64,000 nucleotides of DNA from an uncultured Rivularia sp. GTDB lineage: Bacteria > Cyanobacteriota > Cyanobacteriia > Cyanobacteriales > Nostocaceae. Every line of letters starts with the position of its first letter. Within the stretch, counting starts at the first letter, position 1. The notes beneath the pieces were generated by a model. The model did no database searches and had not been told where the DNA came from. It worked only from the letters and a program-made list of their open reading frames with translations. This document shows, in pieces, positions 10,399 to 19,435 of this stretch. The stretch spans positions 4,896,001 to 4,960,000 of the forward strand of contig OY762007.1 in the NCBI GenBank assembly GCA_963665115.1. The letters run 5' to 3'. The position numbers and the translations under genes are program-made.

Positions 10399-11677
10399 AT
10401 GAACAAAAAACTATTTAGTTTTTTAGGAATCTTACTGGTATTTATCTTGTTGACAGTCAGTTTTAATAACCTATTCTTATCAAAATCTTCTATGTCATCA
10501 GATATAGTTACTATCAAGCTCAGCGGTTGGGGTGCAAGTTTCCGTTGAACAAAAGCTGTTAAAACAATTGCTGCAAGATTTTGAATTAAAGCATCCAGCA
10601 ATAAAAGTGAAATACGAAGTCATCAACGATCAATATATGGATGTAATCAAAACTCGCTTAATTGGGGAAGCAGCGCCAGACGTGTTTTATCTGGATGCTT
10701 TAGAAGCACCTTTCTTAATGAGTCAAAATGTTCTCGAACCTTTAGATAGTTATATAAAAACGGAATTTAATTTAAGTGACTTTGAACAAACTTTGCTAAA
10801 CAGCTTTAAATACGAAGATCGGATTTATGGGCTTCCGAAAGATTACTCAACTCTTGGTTTATTCTTTAACAAATCAGCCTTAATCAAAGAAGGTTTTACT
10901 AATCCCCCTGCAACTTGGAAGGAATTACGCAGTTACTCGCAGAAATTAACAGAAGACAGTAACAAAGATGGCAGGATAGATAAATATGGTTTTGGAGAAA
11001 TTCCCGAATTAGCCAGACAAGCTTATAAAATCAAAGCTTTCAACGGACAAATTATTGGTAAAAATGGTTATGCAGCTTTTGCTTCCCCCGAAGCTTTGAA
11101 AGGATTGCAATTAGCTGTGAAGCAATATATAAAAGAAAAAACTTCCTCCCAAAAAACAGATGTAGGGACAAACTCTGGCAGCGAAATGTTTGCTCAAGGT
11201 AAAGTTGCAATGGTAGTAGAAGGTAACTGGGCAATTCCTTATTTAGAAGAGACTTTTCCTAACTTAGAATTTGGTACAGCAGAAGTGCCGACGATAAATG
11301 GGAATAAAGGCACAATGGTATTTACAGTTGCCTACGTCATGAATAAAAAAGCAAAGCATAAAGTCGCAGCTTGGGAATTAATTTCTTACCTTACAGGGAA
11401 ACAAGGTATGGAAAAATGGACTAAAAACGGTATTGCTTTACCAACCCGAAAATCCGTAGCCGAGAAATTAGGTTACGAACAAGATAATTTACGCTCTGCA
11501 TTTGTAGCGGGAGTAGATTACGCTATTCCTTGGCAGATTGGAAAATATTCTGCACCAATCATAAACAATTTTGAAAATCAATTTACCAGCGCTATTTTAG
11601 GACAGCAACCTTTAGAAAAGGCGATGAAAAAGGCTCAGCTAGAAGCGAATAAGCAAATTAAAATGATGGAATATTGA
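10399..11677 (+). CDS. Sugar ABC transporter substrate-binding protein (apparent +1 frameshift near 10540)
   Basis: The hydrophobic N-terminus MNKKLFSFLGILLVFILL...TIKLSGWGAS joins the ORF-track frame (VEQKLL...GEAAPDVFY...YGLPKDYSTL) if one T of the TTTT run is removed. Confidence 0.85.
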
Positions 11678-11766
11678 TTGTTAAACTGTGTTATTGCTAA
11701 GCGTAGGCACCGGATTAAGGATCATCTCATATTATTCAAAATAAATGCTTTATTTATATAGATTAT

Positions 11767-11913
11767 TGGCGTTGCTGATTAAAAGTAAATAGCCCCCTAA
11801 CCCCCAATAATGGGGGAAAAGAATAATTAATTGAAAGTCCCCCAATTTTGGGAGATTTAGAAAGCTTTACTGTGTTGAGAAAAGTGAATTCATATTTCAA
11901 TTCAGCAACGCCA
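11767..11913. mobile_element. MITE-like element with TGGCGTTGCTGA/TCAGCAACGCCA termini enclosing a CCCCC..GGGGG double-hairpin repeat
   Basis: Perfect 12-bp terminal inverted repeat. The internal part resembles 44414-44488. Confidence 0.7.
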
Positions 11914-12130
11914 GGTCTTTTTATCTTTAACCTTAAATAATTGAATATACAAGATAAACACTATTTAATCAAACCCTAGATAGTTAGAGATTCTGTATGC
12001 TCGAACTTACACTATTAGTTGATATATATATCTTCCTTGAGAAAGAACGATAAAACAACTTTAAAGGCATATATTGGCTACTACCAATCAAAAATAATTT
12101 TTATCAGGTGAAAATTAAAACTTAAAGTTT

Positions 12131-12700
12131 ATGAAAAGTAGATTGAGTTTGCATATCTCCAATGCAGCGAAAAGGTTTTATCTTATTTTATTTTTTAGTT
12201 TACTGTCTGGTGCGGGTTGCAGCATACAAAAAACTCAAGGAGGAAGTTTGAATGAAGCAGATATTAAAACTGTTGGCTGGGTAGAAAATGGCAAGATTCT
12301 CGGTATTAATAAAGATGTAAAATTTAAGCTTGATACGGGAGCTAAAACAACTTCAATTAATGCCGAAATTTTAGAACAGCCAGATAATGAATCTGAATCT
12401 GGCGGCACAATCAAATTTAGATATACCAACACAGAAGGAGTTACAAAAGTCTTTGAACGTCCCGTAGAAAGATGGGTAAAAATTAAAGGTGAACAACGTC
12501 GTGCGGTAGTGCGAATGAAATTTTGTGTTGCAGGTAGGTGGATTGAAGAAGAAGCTAACCTTGCCGATAGAGATGATTTCAATTATTCAGTTCTCATCGG
12601 ACGTAATATGTTGAAAAAAGGCAAGCTAGCTGTAAGCTCTGCTGAAACTTTTACCGCAAAACCAAATTGTCAAGCAGAGGAGGGACAAAGTGAATCGTAA
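12131..12700 (+). CDS. Exported retropepsin-like aspartic protease (RimK-associated 'ATP-dependent Zn protease' family)
   Basis: VGWVE, KLDTGAKTTS catalytic motif, LADRDDFNYSVLIGRN. Hydrophobic signal ending in Cys (possible lipoprotein). Confidence 0.88.
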   Translation: MKSRLSLHISNAAKRFYLILFFSLLSGAGCSIQKTQGGSLNEADIKTVGWVENGKILGINKDVKFKLDTGAKTTSINAEILEQPDNESESGGTIKFRYTNTEGVTKVFERPVERWVKIKGEQRRAVVRMKFCVAGRWIEEEANLADRDDFNYSVLIGRNMLKKGKLAVSSAETFTAKPNCQAEEGQSES

Positions 12701-14321
12701 TTTTCATGCTTTAATATTAGCTTTATTTTTAGCCGCGATAGGTTTAGCAGTTTTTATTCATAAGGTGACTGCTACAGATATTCCGTTACTACCAAATCAA
12801 GCTTATAAAAATTGGTATGTTGAAGCTAAATTAGCGGTAAATTCTGAAGGAAGAGTATTAGATTCACAAAACGCACTGCCAAGTGAAATTGAACTACAGC
12901 TTCCTCAAGCTTCTCCCGGTTACGAAATAATCAGTGAAGATTTTATTAATGATGGTTATAATCGCCAAGTTAAAACACAGAAAAACTCATCAAATCGCAT
13001 AGCTGTGTTCTCAAACCAAAATGCCAAGGGAAGCGAAGCAATATTTTATCGAGCAATTATTGATAAAACAGATTTAGCTAAAACGGATTCTAAATCGGGT
13101 AGCGAAGTTTCAGTTACAGGAGATAAAATTGTTGAGCAGCAGTTGAGTAACTTTGGTAAAGATAACGCACTCGCTGAAGATAATTTAAAAGAAAATTTTC
13201 CCACAGCTGAAGTTGAATCAATTTTAAAAGAAGCAAGACAATCGGGTGATAATACTTTAGATTTAGCAAAACAAGTTTATCAAATAGCACTTAATCCCGA
13301 TGAAATTAGAGTTCGTGCTATTCGCAGAACTTTGGGTATTAAAGAATCAACTCCAGAATTAACAGCCTTTTTATTAAAACAAGCCAAAATTCCAGCGCGG
13401 GTTGCTAACGGTATTTTGTTTAACAATGAAGAAGTCTATTCAACCGATTTTATTCAGTGGTTGGAGGTAGAAACAGATAAAGGTTGGCTAGCTTACGATA
13501 GTATTGACCGTAATTTTGGAACCCAAGATAGATATTTAACTTGGTGGTACGGAACCAGTAGTGCTTTAAGTGCTAAAGGTTCGGGAGATGTCAATTTAGA
13601 AGTAGTAGTTAGACCAAATACTGACAAAGGAATTAACCAAGAACTTTGGGAAAAACAGAAAGCGGCAAATCCCTTTTTAGAATATTCCTTATTAAATTTA
13701 CCCTTAGCAACACAGCGAGTATTTAGGGTATTAGTGTTAGTTCCAATTGGTGCATTAATTATTTCCGTATTGCATCAAATGATCGGATTGCAAACTTTCG
13801 GAACATTTACACCAATATTAATTGCCCTTGCATTTAGAGAAACCGGACTTATAGTTGGTATACCTCTGTTTGTTTTAGTTGTAATTATTGGGCTGGTAAT
13901 TCGTGCTTACCTAGATAAATTACAGCTATTAATTGTACCCAGACTCGCCGCAATTTTAACGGCAACAGTTTTAACAATTGGAGTATTAGCAATAATCTTG
14001 CAAAGGTTCGGGATAAATTTAGGATTATCGATTTCCTTATTCCCAATTGTTATCCTAGCCATGCTCATAGAAAGAGCCGCTTTAAGTTGGGAAGAATCAG
14101 GAGCAAAAGAAACAATAATCGCCGCGCTAGGTACCGTCTTTGTCGCCGCTATCGGTTACTTATGCGTAATTAATCCTTACATCCAACATTTAGCATTTAC
14201 CTTCCCAGAACTTTTGTTATTAGTCTTAGGAATTAATATTCTTGTCGGACGTTATAACGGTTACAAGTTGACAGAATATTTCCGATTCAAGTCAATGCAG
14301 AAGCAGTTGAGTCAATCTTAG
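12690..14321 (+). CDS. Inactive transglutaminase-like domain fused to a 7TM domain
   Basis: IPARVANG...QWLEV...WLAYD core without the catalytic Cys/His, then GLQTFGTFTPILIALAF...SLFPIVILAMLIER...GRYNGYKLTEYFRF. Overlaps the protease stop codon. Confidence 0.88.
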   Translation: MNRNFHALILALFLAAIGLAVFIHKVTATDIPLLPNQAYKNWYVEAKLAVNSEGRVLDSQNALPSEIELQLPQASPGYEIISEDFINDGYNRQVKTQKNSSNRIAVFSNQNAKGSEAIFYRAIIDKTDLAKTDSKSGSEVSVTGDKIVEQQLSNFGKDNALAEDNLKENFPTAEVESILKEARQSGDNTLDLAKQVYQIALNPDEIRVRAIRRTLGIKESTPELTAFLLKQAKIPARVANGILFNNEEVYSTDFIQWLEVETDKGWLAYDSIDRNFGTQDRYLTWWYGTSSALSAKGSGDVNLEVVVRPNTDKGINQELWEKQKAANPFLEYSLLNLPLATQRVFRVLVLVPIGALIISVLHQMIGLQTFGTFTPILIALAFRETGLIVGIPLFVLVVIIGLVIRAYLDKLQLLIVPRLAAILTATVLTIGVLAIILQRFGINLGLSISLFPIVILAMLIERAALSWEESGAKETIIAALGTVFVAAIGYLCVINPYIQHLAFTFPELLLLVLGINILVGRYNGYKLTEYFRFKSMQKQLSQS

Positions 14322-14324
14322 GAT

Positions 14325-14515
14325 GAAGGGATGGGGAGATGGGGTAGAGGGGGAGAGGGGGTAGATAGCGAGCGAGACGCATATCCTTGCGGGACACGCT
14401 TCGTTAATGCACTACAAAGATGTGGAGAAATGTTAATTCATAACTCCTAACTCCTAACTCATAACTCCTAACTTAATTAACTAATCCAAAATCCAAAATC
14501 TAAAATCCAAAATTG
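14325..14515. repeat. Compound repeat patch (G-rich 8-9-mers, GTAG palindrome with 26-nt insert, CTCCTAA and AAAATCC heptamers)
   Basis: Visible tandem units inside the operon spacer. Confidence 0.8.
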
Positions 14516-14519
14516 AAAG

Positions 14520-15461
14520 ATGTTTCCATTTACACTGATGCGTGAAGGGGTTCTCGGAATCAACGCTCGTAATGTTGATTATCTTTTTCCTAGCAACCCA
14601 CGTAAGCTTTATAAGTTGGCTGATAACAAATTAGAAACAAAAAGAATTGCAGAAGAACTTAACGTACCAATTCCAGAAACTTACGGTGTGATTTCTTTTC
14701 AAAATGAAGTAGGAAAGCTATCCGAGATTATCGAAGGACATGATTCCTTTATCGTTAAACCCGCTCAAGGTAGTGGTGGGGATGGAATTGAAGCGATTGT
14801 TGAAGTTACCGACGAGGGTTTCAAAAAACCTAGCGGTAAGATTCTCTCTAAATCCGATTTGCAATATCATATTCACAATATCCTTGGTGGAGTATTTTCC
14901 CTGGGTGGATTAAGTGATAAAACAATTATTGAATATGCGGTGCAGTTCGATCCGGTTTTTGATGAAATTGCTTATCAAGGTGTTCCGGATGTACGGGTAA
15001 TTATTTATCAAGGTGTCCCCGTGATGGGAATGTTACGTTTACCAACTAAAGCTTCTGATGGTAAAGCTAATTTACATAGAGGTGGTTTAGGCTTAGGAAT
15101 TGACCTTGGTACGGGGAAAACATTGACTGCAATTCAGAACAATCGCTACATTGAAAAGCATCCCGATACTGACGCAACCTTGCGCGATCGCCAAATTCCT
15201 CACTGGGATACTATTTTAAATATGGCAGCTAAGTTATGCGAAAAAACGGAGTTTGGCTATCTCGGTATTGACGTGGTTTTAGATGAAGAAAAAGGTCCAT
15301 TGCTGCTGGAAATCAATGCTCGTCCGGGACTTTCAATCCAAATTGCTAATCAAGAAGGGCTGATTCCCCGATTAAAAACAATTGATTCAAATGTAAATAA
15401 AATTTCCGGAATTGAAGACAAAATCGCTTTTGCAAAAGATAAATTTGCGGTAAATAACTAG
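14520..15461 (+). CDS. Alpha-L-glutamate ligase-like ATP-grasp protein (RimK-related)
   Basis: GVLGINARN, VKPAQGSGGDGI, GVPDVRVI, RLPT..SDGKANLH.GG, LLEINARPGLSIQ. Confidence 0.9.
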   Translation: MFPFTLMREGVLGINARNVDYLFPSNPRKLYKLADNKLETKRIAEELNVPIPETYGVISFQNEVGKLSEIIEGHDSFIVKPAQGSGGDGIEAIVEVTDEGFKKPSGKILSKSDLQYHIHNILGGVFSLGGLSDKTIIEYAVQFDPVFDEIAYQGVPDVRVIIYQGVPVMGMLRLPTKASDGKANLHRGGLGLGIDLGTGKTLTAIQNNRYIEKHPDTDATLRDRQIPHWDTILNMAAKLCEKTEFGYLGIDVVLDEEKGPLLLEINARPGLSIQIANQEGLIPRLKTIDSNVNKISGIEDKIAFAKDKFAVNN

Positions 15462-15559
15462 ATGATTAATGTTGTAACTATAAACACTAGAATTTATACG
15501 GACGAAAGATAAGTCAATTGAATGGGTAAGATAACATATACTATTATCTCTGGTTTCCG

Positions 15560-16123
15560 ATGTTATCCGATATTGATTTGATTCGAGAGTTTGTTAAACT
15601 ATCCATACAAAAAAAGCAAGTTTTATTAGCAAATTCAACATTACAGGGTGAAGCAGTTTATAAAAGCAATCAATTAATGGCAAAAAAAGAAGGGATAATT
15701 GCCACAACTAAACTAGAGCGTACATTAAATCCATTTTTTATTAAACACAAGTCAAATTACTGGCAATTGATTGGCCAGGTATTAGCCGAATATAACTTTA
15801 TCCTTATGGGAGAAGTTGATAGTCGTGGCTTTTATCAGTATGAATACTGCCAGATTCCACCAGGTTATGAAATGCATTGTCAAAAATCGGCTATGTTGTG
15901 GCGAACTTGGTGGAAATATCGTCGCAAAATTGAGGGTAGAATAATTCAATTAGAACTTCTGATCCGCATCAGAAATACATGGTATCCCATCAGGGGTTTA
16001 GCAATTAGCGATGGAATGATTTATATCGAAACATTAGGAAGTGAGATTGCACTTGGTTTAGAAGATACGGTGATTTGGTTGAGTAAAATAAAGGAGAAGA
16101 AATCAGAAGCTAATTCTGAATAG
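15560..16123 (+). CDS. Hypothetical protein
   Basis: 187-aa ORF (LWRTWW, WYPIR) with no recognised domain. Confidence 0.7.
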   Translation: MLSDIDLIREFVKLSIQKKQVLLANSTLQGEAVYKSNQLMAKKEGIIATTKLERTLNPFFIKHKSNYWQLIGQVLAEYNFILMGEVDSRGFYQYEYCQIPPGYEMHCQKSAMLWRTWWKYRRKIEGRIIQLELLIRIRNTWYPIRGLAISDGMIYIETLGSEIALGLEDTVIWLSKIKEKKSEANSE

Positions 16124-16155
16124 CAGAATTTTTGAGTTGCTTCTGGGAATACTAG

Positions 16156-16680
16156 TTTTGTACAAAGTTATTAAACACAATCGAGAACAATACAGATTTG
16201 TATAGTTCTGATTCACCACTCCAACTCACATCAGAAGAAAACAAAAAAATTATTAATCAACTTGATGGGGATATTTACACAGTTACAAGAATAAAACTGT
16301 ATGTCTTAATACGTCTCAATGATGCTATTTCTAATCCCAAGATAACCTATTCACAATATCCAACAATTGAACACGTACTTCCACAAAATCCTCCTCAAGG
16401 AAGTGAATGGGAACAATGGTTTCCTAGTCAAGAAGAAAGAGAAAAATATTTACATCGTTTAGGTAACTTAGTTTTACTCTCTGCTTCCAAAAATAGCGAA
16501 GCCCGAAATTATGATTTTATGAAAAAAAAGCAGAAATACTTTACTACTAAATCAGGAGTTTCTCCTTTTGCATTAACAACTCAAGTTTTAACACAAAGCG
16601 AATGGACTCCTCAAATTGTTGAACAAAGACAAAAAGATGCGGTTGATAAACTTAAACAAATTTGGCGTTTGCAATCTTAA
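16156..16680 (+). pseudogene. 5'-truncated DUF1524 (HNH) domain of a GmrSD/DUF262-type nuclease
   Basis: TIEHVLPQNP...RLGNLVLLS...NSEARNYDF..KK..YF. The frame opens after a TAG at 16153 with no ATG and no DUF262 half. Confidence 0.7.
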
Positions 16681-16820
16681 CAATTCTTCTTTATATCGGT
16701 GGTTGAAACCGCATCTACGTTTTTTGACCCATTTGCATGGGCTATTTTAGTTCAAATAACTTTTCTACCACTAAGAATATTAGTAAAATTATATTTTGAT
16801 CTTAAATTAAGGGAGAAGCT

Positions 16821-17285
16821 ATGGTAACAGCGCAGGATATCGCAAACTATTTTATTTGGCTAGCAAACGATAGCGGCTCTTTTATAAGTAATCTTAAGCT
16901 GCAAAAATTAGTTTATTACGCTCAAGCTTGGTATTTGGCTATTCACGATCGGCCGTTATTTGATGAAGACTTTGAAGCCTGGGTTCACGGTCCTATTATT
17001 CCTTCTTTGTATCAAAAGTATCGAGATTTCAATCGAATTCCTATTGTTGAAGAAATCAATTATCAGCAGCTTGCTCAGAAATTGGGTGATGATATACATT
17101 TTCTACAGGATGTTGCTGACGAATATTTTTCCTGCGACACTTATGAACTTGAGCGCATGACACATATCGAAGATCCTTGGATTAAAGCAAGGAAAGAATT
17201 GCCAAATGATGTACCTTCTAAGGCGATAATTGATAAGGAGTTAATGAAAAAGTATTACGGTTCGCGTGTCAAAGAAGAAGCCTAG
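16821..17285 (+). CDS. Panacea (DUF4065/SocA-like) antitoxin
   Basis: DIANYF, SNLKLQKLVYYAQAW, FEAWVHGP, LERMTH.EDPW. AGGGAG Shine-Dalgarno upstream. Confidence 0.92.
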   Translation: MVTAQDIANYFIWLANDSGSFISNLKLQKLVYYAQAWYLAIHDRPLFDEDFEAWVHGPIIPSLYQKYRDFNRIPIVEEINYQQLAQKLGDDIHFLQDVADEYFSCDTYELERMTHIEDPWIKARKELPNDVPSKAIIDKELMKKYYGSRVKEEA

Positions 17286-17421
17286 AAAAACACAAATTCC
17301 TCGTAGTCAAACGAATAAAATTCAACGAACATCTTTACCTCCTCTACAAGGAGTACGCCAATTCTCGCACCTGGACTTTTCACTACGCCTTCCAATAAAG
17401 CTGCTGCTTGGATATCGTTGA
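17266..17421 (+). pseudogene. Short overlapping ORF, probable truncated toxin partner of the Panacea antitoxin
   Basis: GTG start overlaps the antitoxin 3' end. 51 aa, MSKKKPRKTQIPRSQTNKIQRTSLPPLQGV...; below the ORF-track cutoff. Confidence 0.45.
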
Positions 17422-17489
17422 TTTTGATTAACTTATTTTGAGATGACATATCAAATTATTAATATCTGAGAACAGTATTGATTTTCTCA

Positions 17490-18001
17490 TCAACTGAAAT
17501 TCCAAGTATGAGGAAGCTTCGCTGCACAAACCGAGCAAATAAATAAATTATCTTTAACAATATTTACTTGGTTGCAAGCACAACAGCGTCGAAAAATAAA
17601 TTCAATGGTAAACGAAGACGGATGCGAAATATTTATTAAATCGAGAGCTTTTATAACGTGCTGCCAAGATTCTGGCTCAGGACAAAAACCTGTTGATTGA
17701 TTTGTAATTTCAGCTACTTCCAACCCATTTTTACCTTTTTGAAAAAATATTTCTCCTGCCGATTGCACCGATTTACCACCAGCACAAGCAATATGTTCGG
17801 AGTGTCTGTCAGCAATTCTTAAATAACCTTCGTAATCTATAACAAAAGTAGCTGCAATTAATCCCCAAGCGTCTTTCTGTTGTTTGGTTTCTCGAATCCA
17901 ATTATCAATATGATTAATTGATAAAATGATAAAATTCTCTTTCCCGGTGGTAAATGGGCTGTATTCTGGCGAATTTGATCGGCACCCACGTATTTATACA
18001 C
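17490..18001 (-). pseudogene. Hypothetical protein frameshifted by an 8-bp tandem duplication
   Basis: YKYVGADQIRQNTAHLPPGKRILS continues as INHIDNWIRET...ADRHSEHIACAGG..SAGE...NQSTGFCPEPESW...CCAC...CSVC if one TGATAAAA copy (17919-17934) is removed. Confidence 0.7.
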
Positions 18002-18078
18002 TTTTTAAAGCTTTGTATGTCAATCTTGAGACACTAAAACAAAAATGGTGCGTTGCACGCAGCAAGCAACACACCCTA

Positions 18079-18421
18079 CTTCCTACTTCCTACTTCCTAC
18101 TCCCTACTCCCTACTCCCTACTCCCTACTCCCTACTCCCTACTCCCTACTCCCTACTCCCTACTCCCTACTCCCTACTCCCTACTCCCTACTTCCAACTC
18201 CCTACTTCCTACTTCCTACTCCCAACTCCCTACTCCCAACTCCCTACTTCCAACTCCCTACTTCCTACTCCCTACTTCCTACTTCCTACTCCCAACTCCC
18301 TACTCCCAACTCCCTACTCCCTACTTCCAACTCCCTACTCCCTACTCCCTACTCCCAACTCCCTACTTCCAACTCCCTACTTCCTACTCCCAACTCCCAA
18401 CTCCCAACTCCCAACTCCCTA
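18079..18421. repeat. 49-unit heptamer STRR, CT[C/T]CC[T/A]A
   Basis: 343 bp in unbroken 7-nt phase, with only four unit variants. Confidence 0.95.
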
Positions 18422-19435
18422 CTCCCCACTCCCTTCACTTTCCTTTTCCCGCTCAACAGCTTCCATCAAGGAACGCACCTGCTTAGATCCTTGTGAAGGT
18501 TCAAACTTCAAAGGAAATTTACTTTTAGTCATCATTCGTAAACCGAGAGGAGCAATACTTAATAAACCTTTGATGTCTTTAAAATTATTGCCAACAACTC
18601 GCAAACCAAATAATCTCTCATCAATCCAACCACCTTCTTTAACTAAATCTATCAATGCTTTACGGTGACGAATCGAACGACTATCTCCCGCTTCTTTGGT
18701 TTTGAGAATAGACTGTTTGATTTTACTAATTTGGTCTAAAGGTGCCACTTCCATCGGACAAACACTATTGCAGTAATAACAACGAGTGCAACCCCAAACT
18801 CCTTTAGTACCTTCGCTATATTGCTCCAAACGCTTTTGTGTTTCATCATCGCGTTTATCCTCTACCATCCGATAAGCTTTAGCCAGCGCATGAGGACCAA
18901 CAAAATCCGGATTTACTTCTAATGCATTGCACTCGGAGTAACAAGCACCACACATTATACAATTACCAGTTTCCTCAAGCTGCTTTCTTTCTTCTGGTGT
19001 TTGTAAAAACTCTCGCTCGGGCACTTTTCTTGCAGCAGTGCTGACATAAGGAGAAACAGTTTCTAAGCTGTTCCAGAAACCATTCATATCAACAATTAAA
19101 TCTTTTAGTACAGGCATATTACCCAATGGGGCAATAGTAATTTCAGGAATAGATAATCGTTGATTCTCCTGGGATATTTGTTGTCCAAATCGAGCAATTT
19201 CGCTGCCAACATTTTCTTTACAAGCTAAAGCGGAACGTCCATTAATGCGTATGGCGCAACTTCCGCAAATCGTATTGCGGCAATTTTTACGAAATGCTAA
19301 AGTTCCATCTTGCTCCCATTTAATCCGATTAAGACAATCAAGGATTGTATTACCCTCTTCTACATCCAAAAGGTAAGTTTGAACTGTGGGAGATGTTTTC
19401 TGATTTTGTCGAATAACTTTAAAATTAACTTTCAT
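18419..19435 (-). CDS. sdhB: Succinate dehydrogenase/fumarate reductase iron-sulfur subunit
   Basis: CRNTICGSC...LAC (2Fe-2S), CIMCGACYSEC and CTRCYYCNSVCP clusters. Confidence 0.93.
   Translation of the reverse strand: MKVNFKVIRQNQKTSPTVQTYLLDVEEGNTILDCLNRIKWEQDGTLAFRKNCRNTICGSCAIRINGRSALACKENVGSEIARFGQQISQENQRLSIPEITIAPLGNMPVLKDLIVDMNGFWNSLETVSPYVSTAARKVPEREFLQTPEERKQLEETGNCIMCGACYSECNALEVNPDFVGPHALAKAYRMVEDKRDDETQKRLEQYSEGTKGVWGCTRCYYCNSVCPMEVAPLDQISKIKQSILKTKEAGDSRSIRHRKALIDLVKEGGWIDERLFGLRVVGNNFKDIKGLLSIAPLGLRMMTKSKFPLKFEPSQGSKQVRSLMEAVEREKESEGSGE

Noticed and set aside
18079..18421. Possible CRISPR or DGR-type variable array
   Set aside because: Pure 7-nt microsatellite with no spacers, no reverse transcriptase and no TR/VR pair.
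17926..18668. Three overlapping plus-strand ORFs with LLPTPYS repeats
   Set aside because: They are translations of a stop-free heptamer array in all three frames, and one is partly antisense to sdhB.
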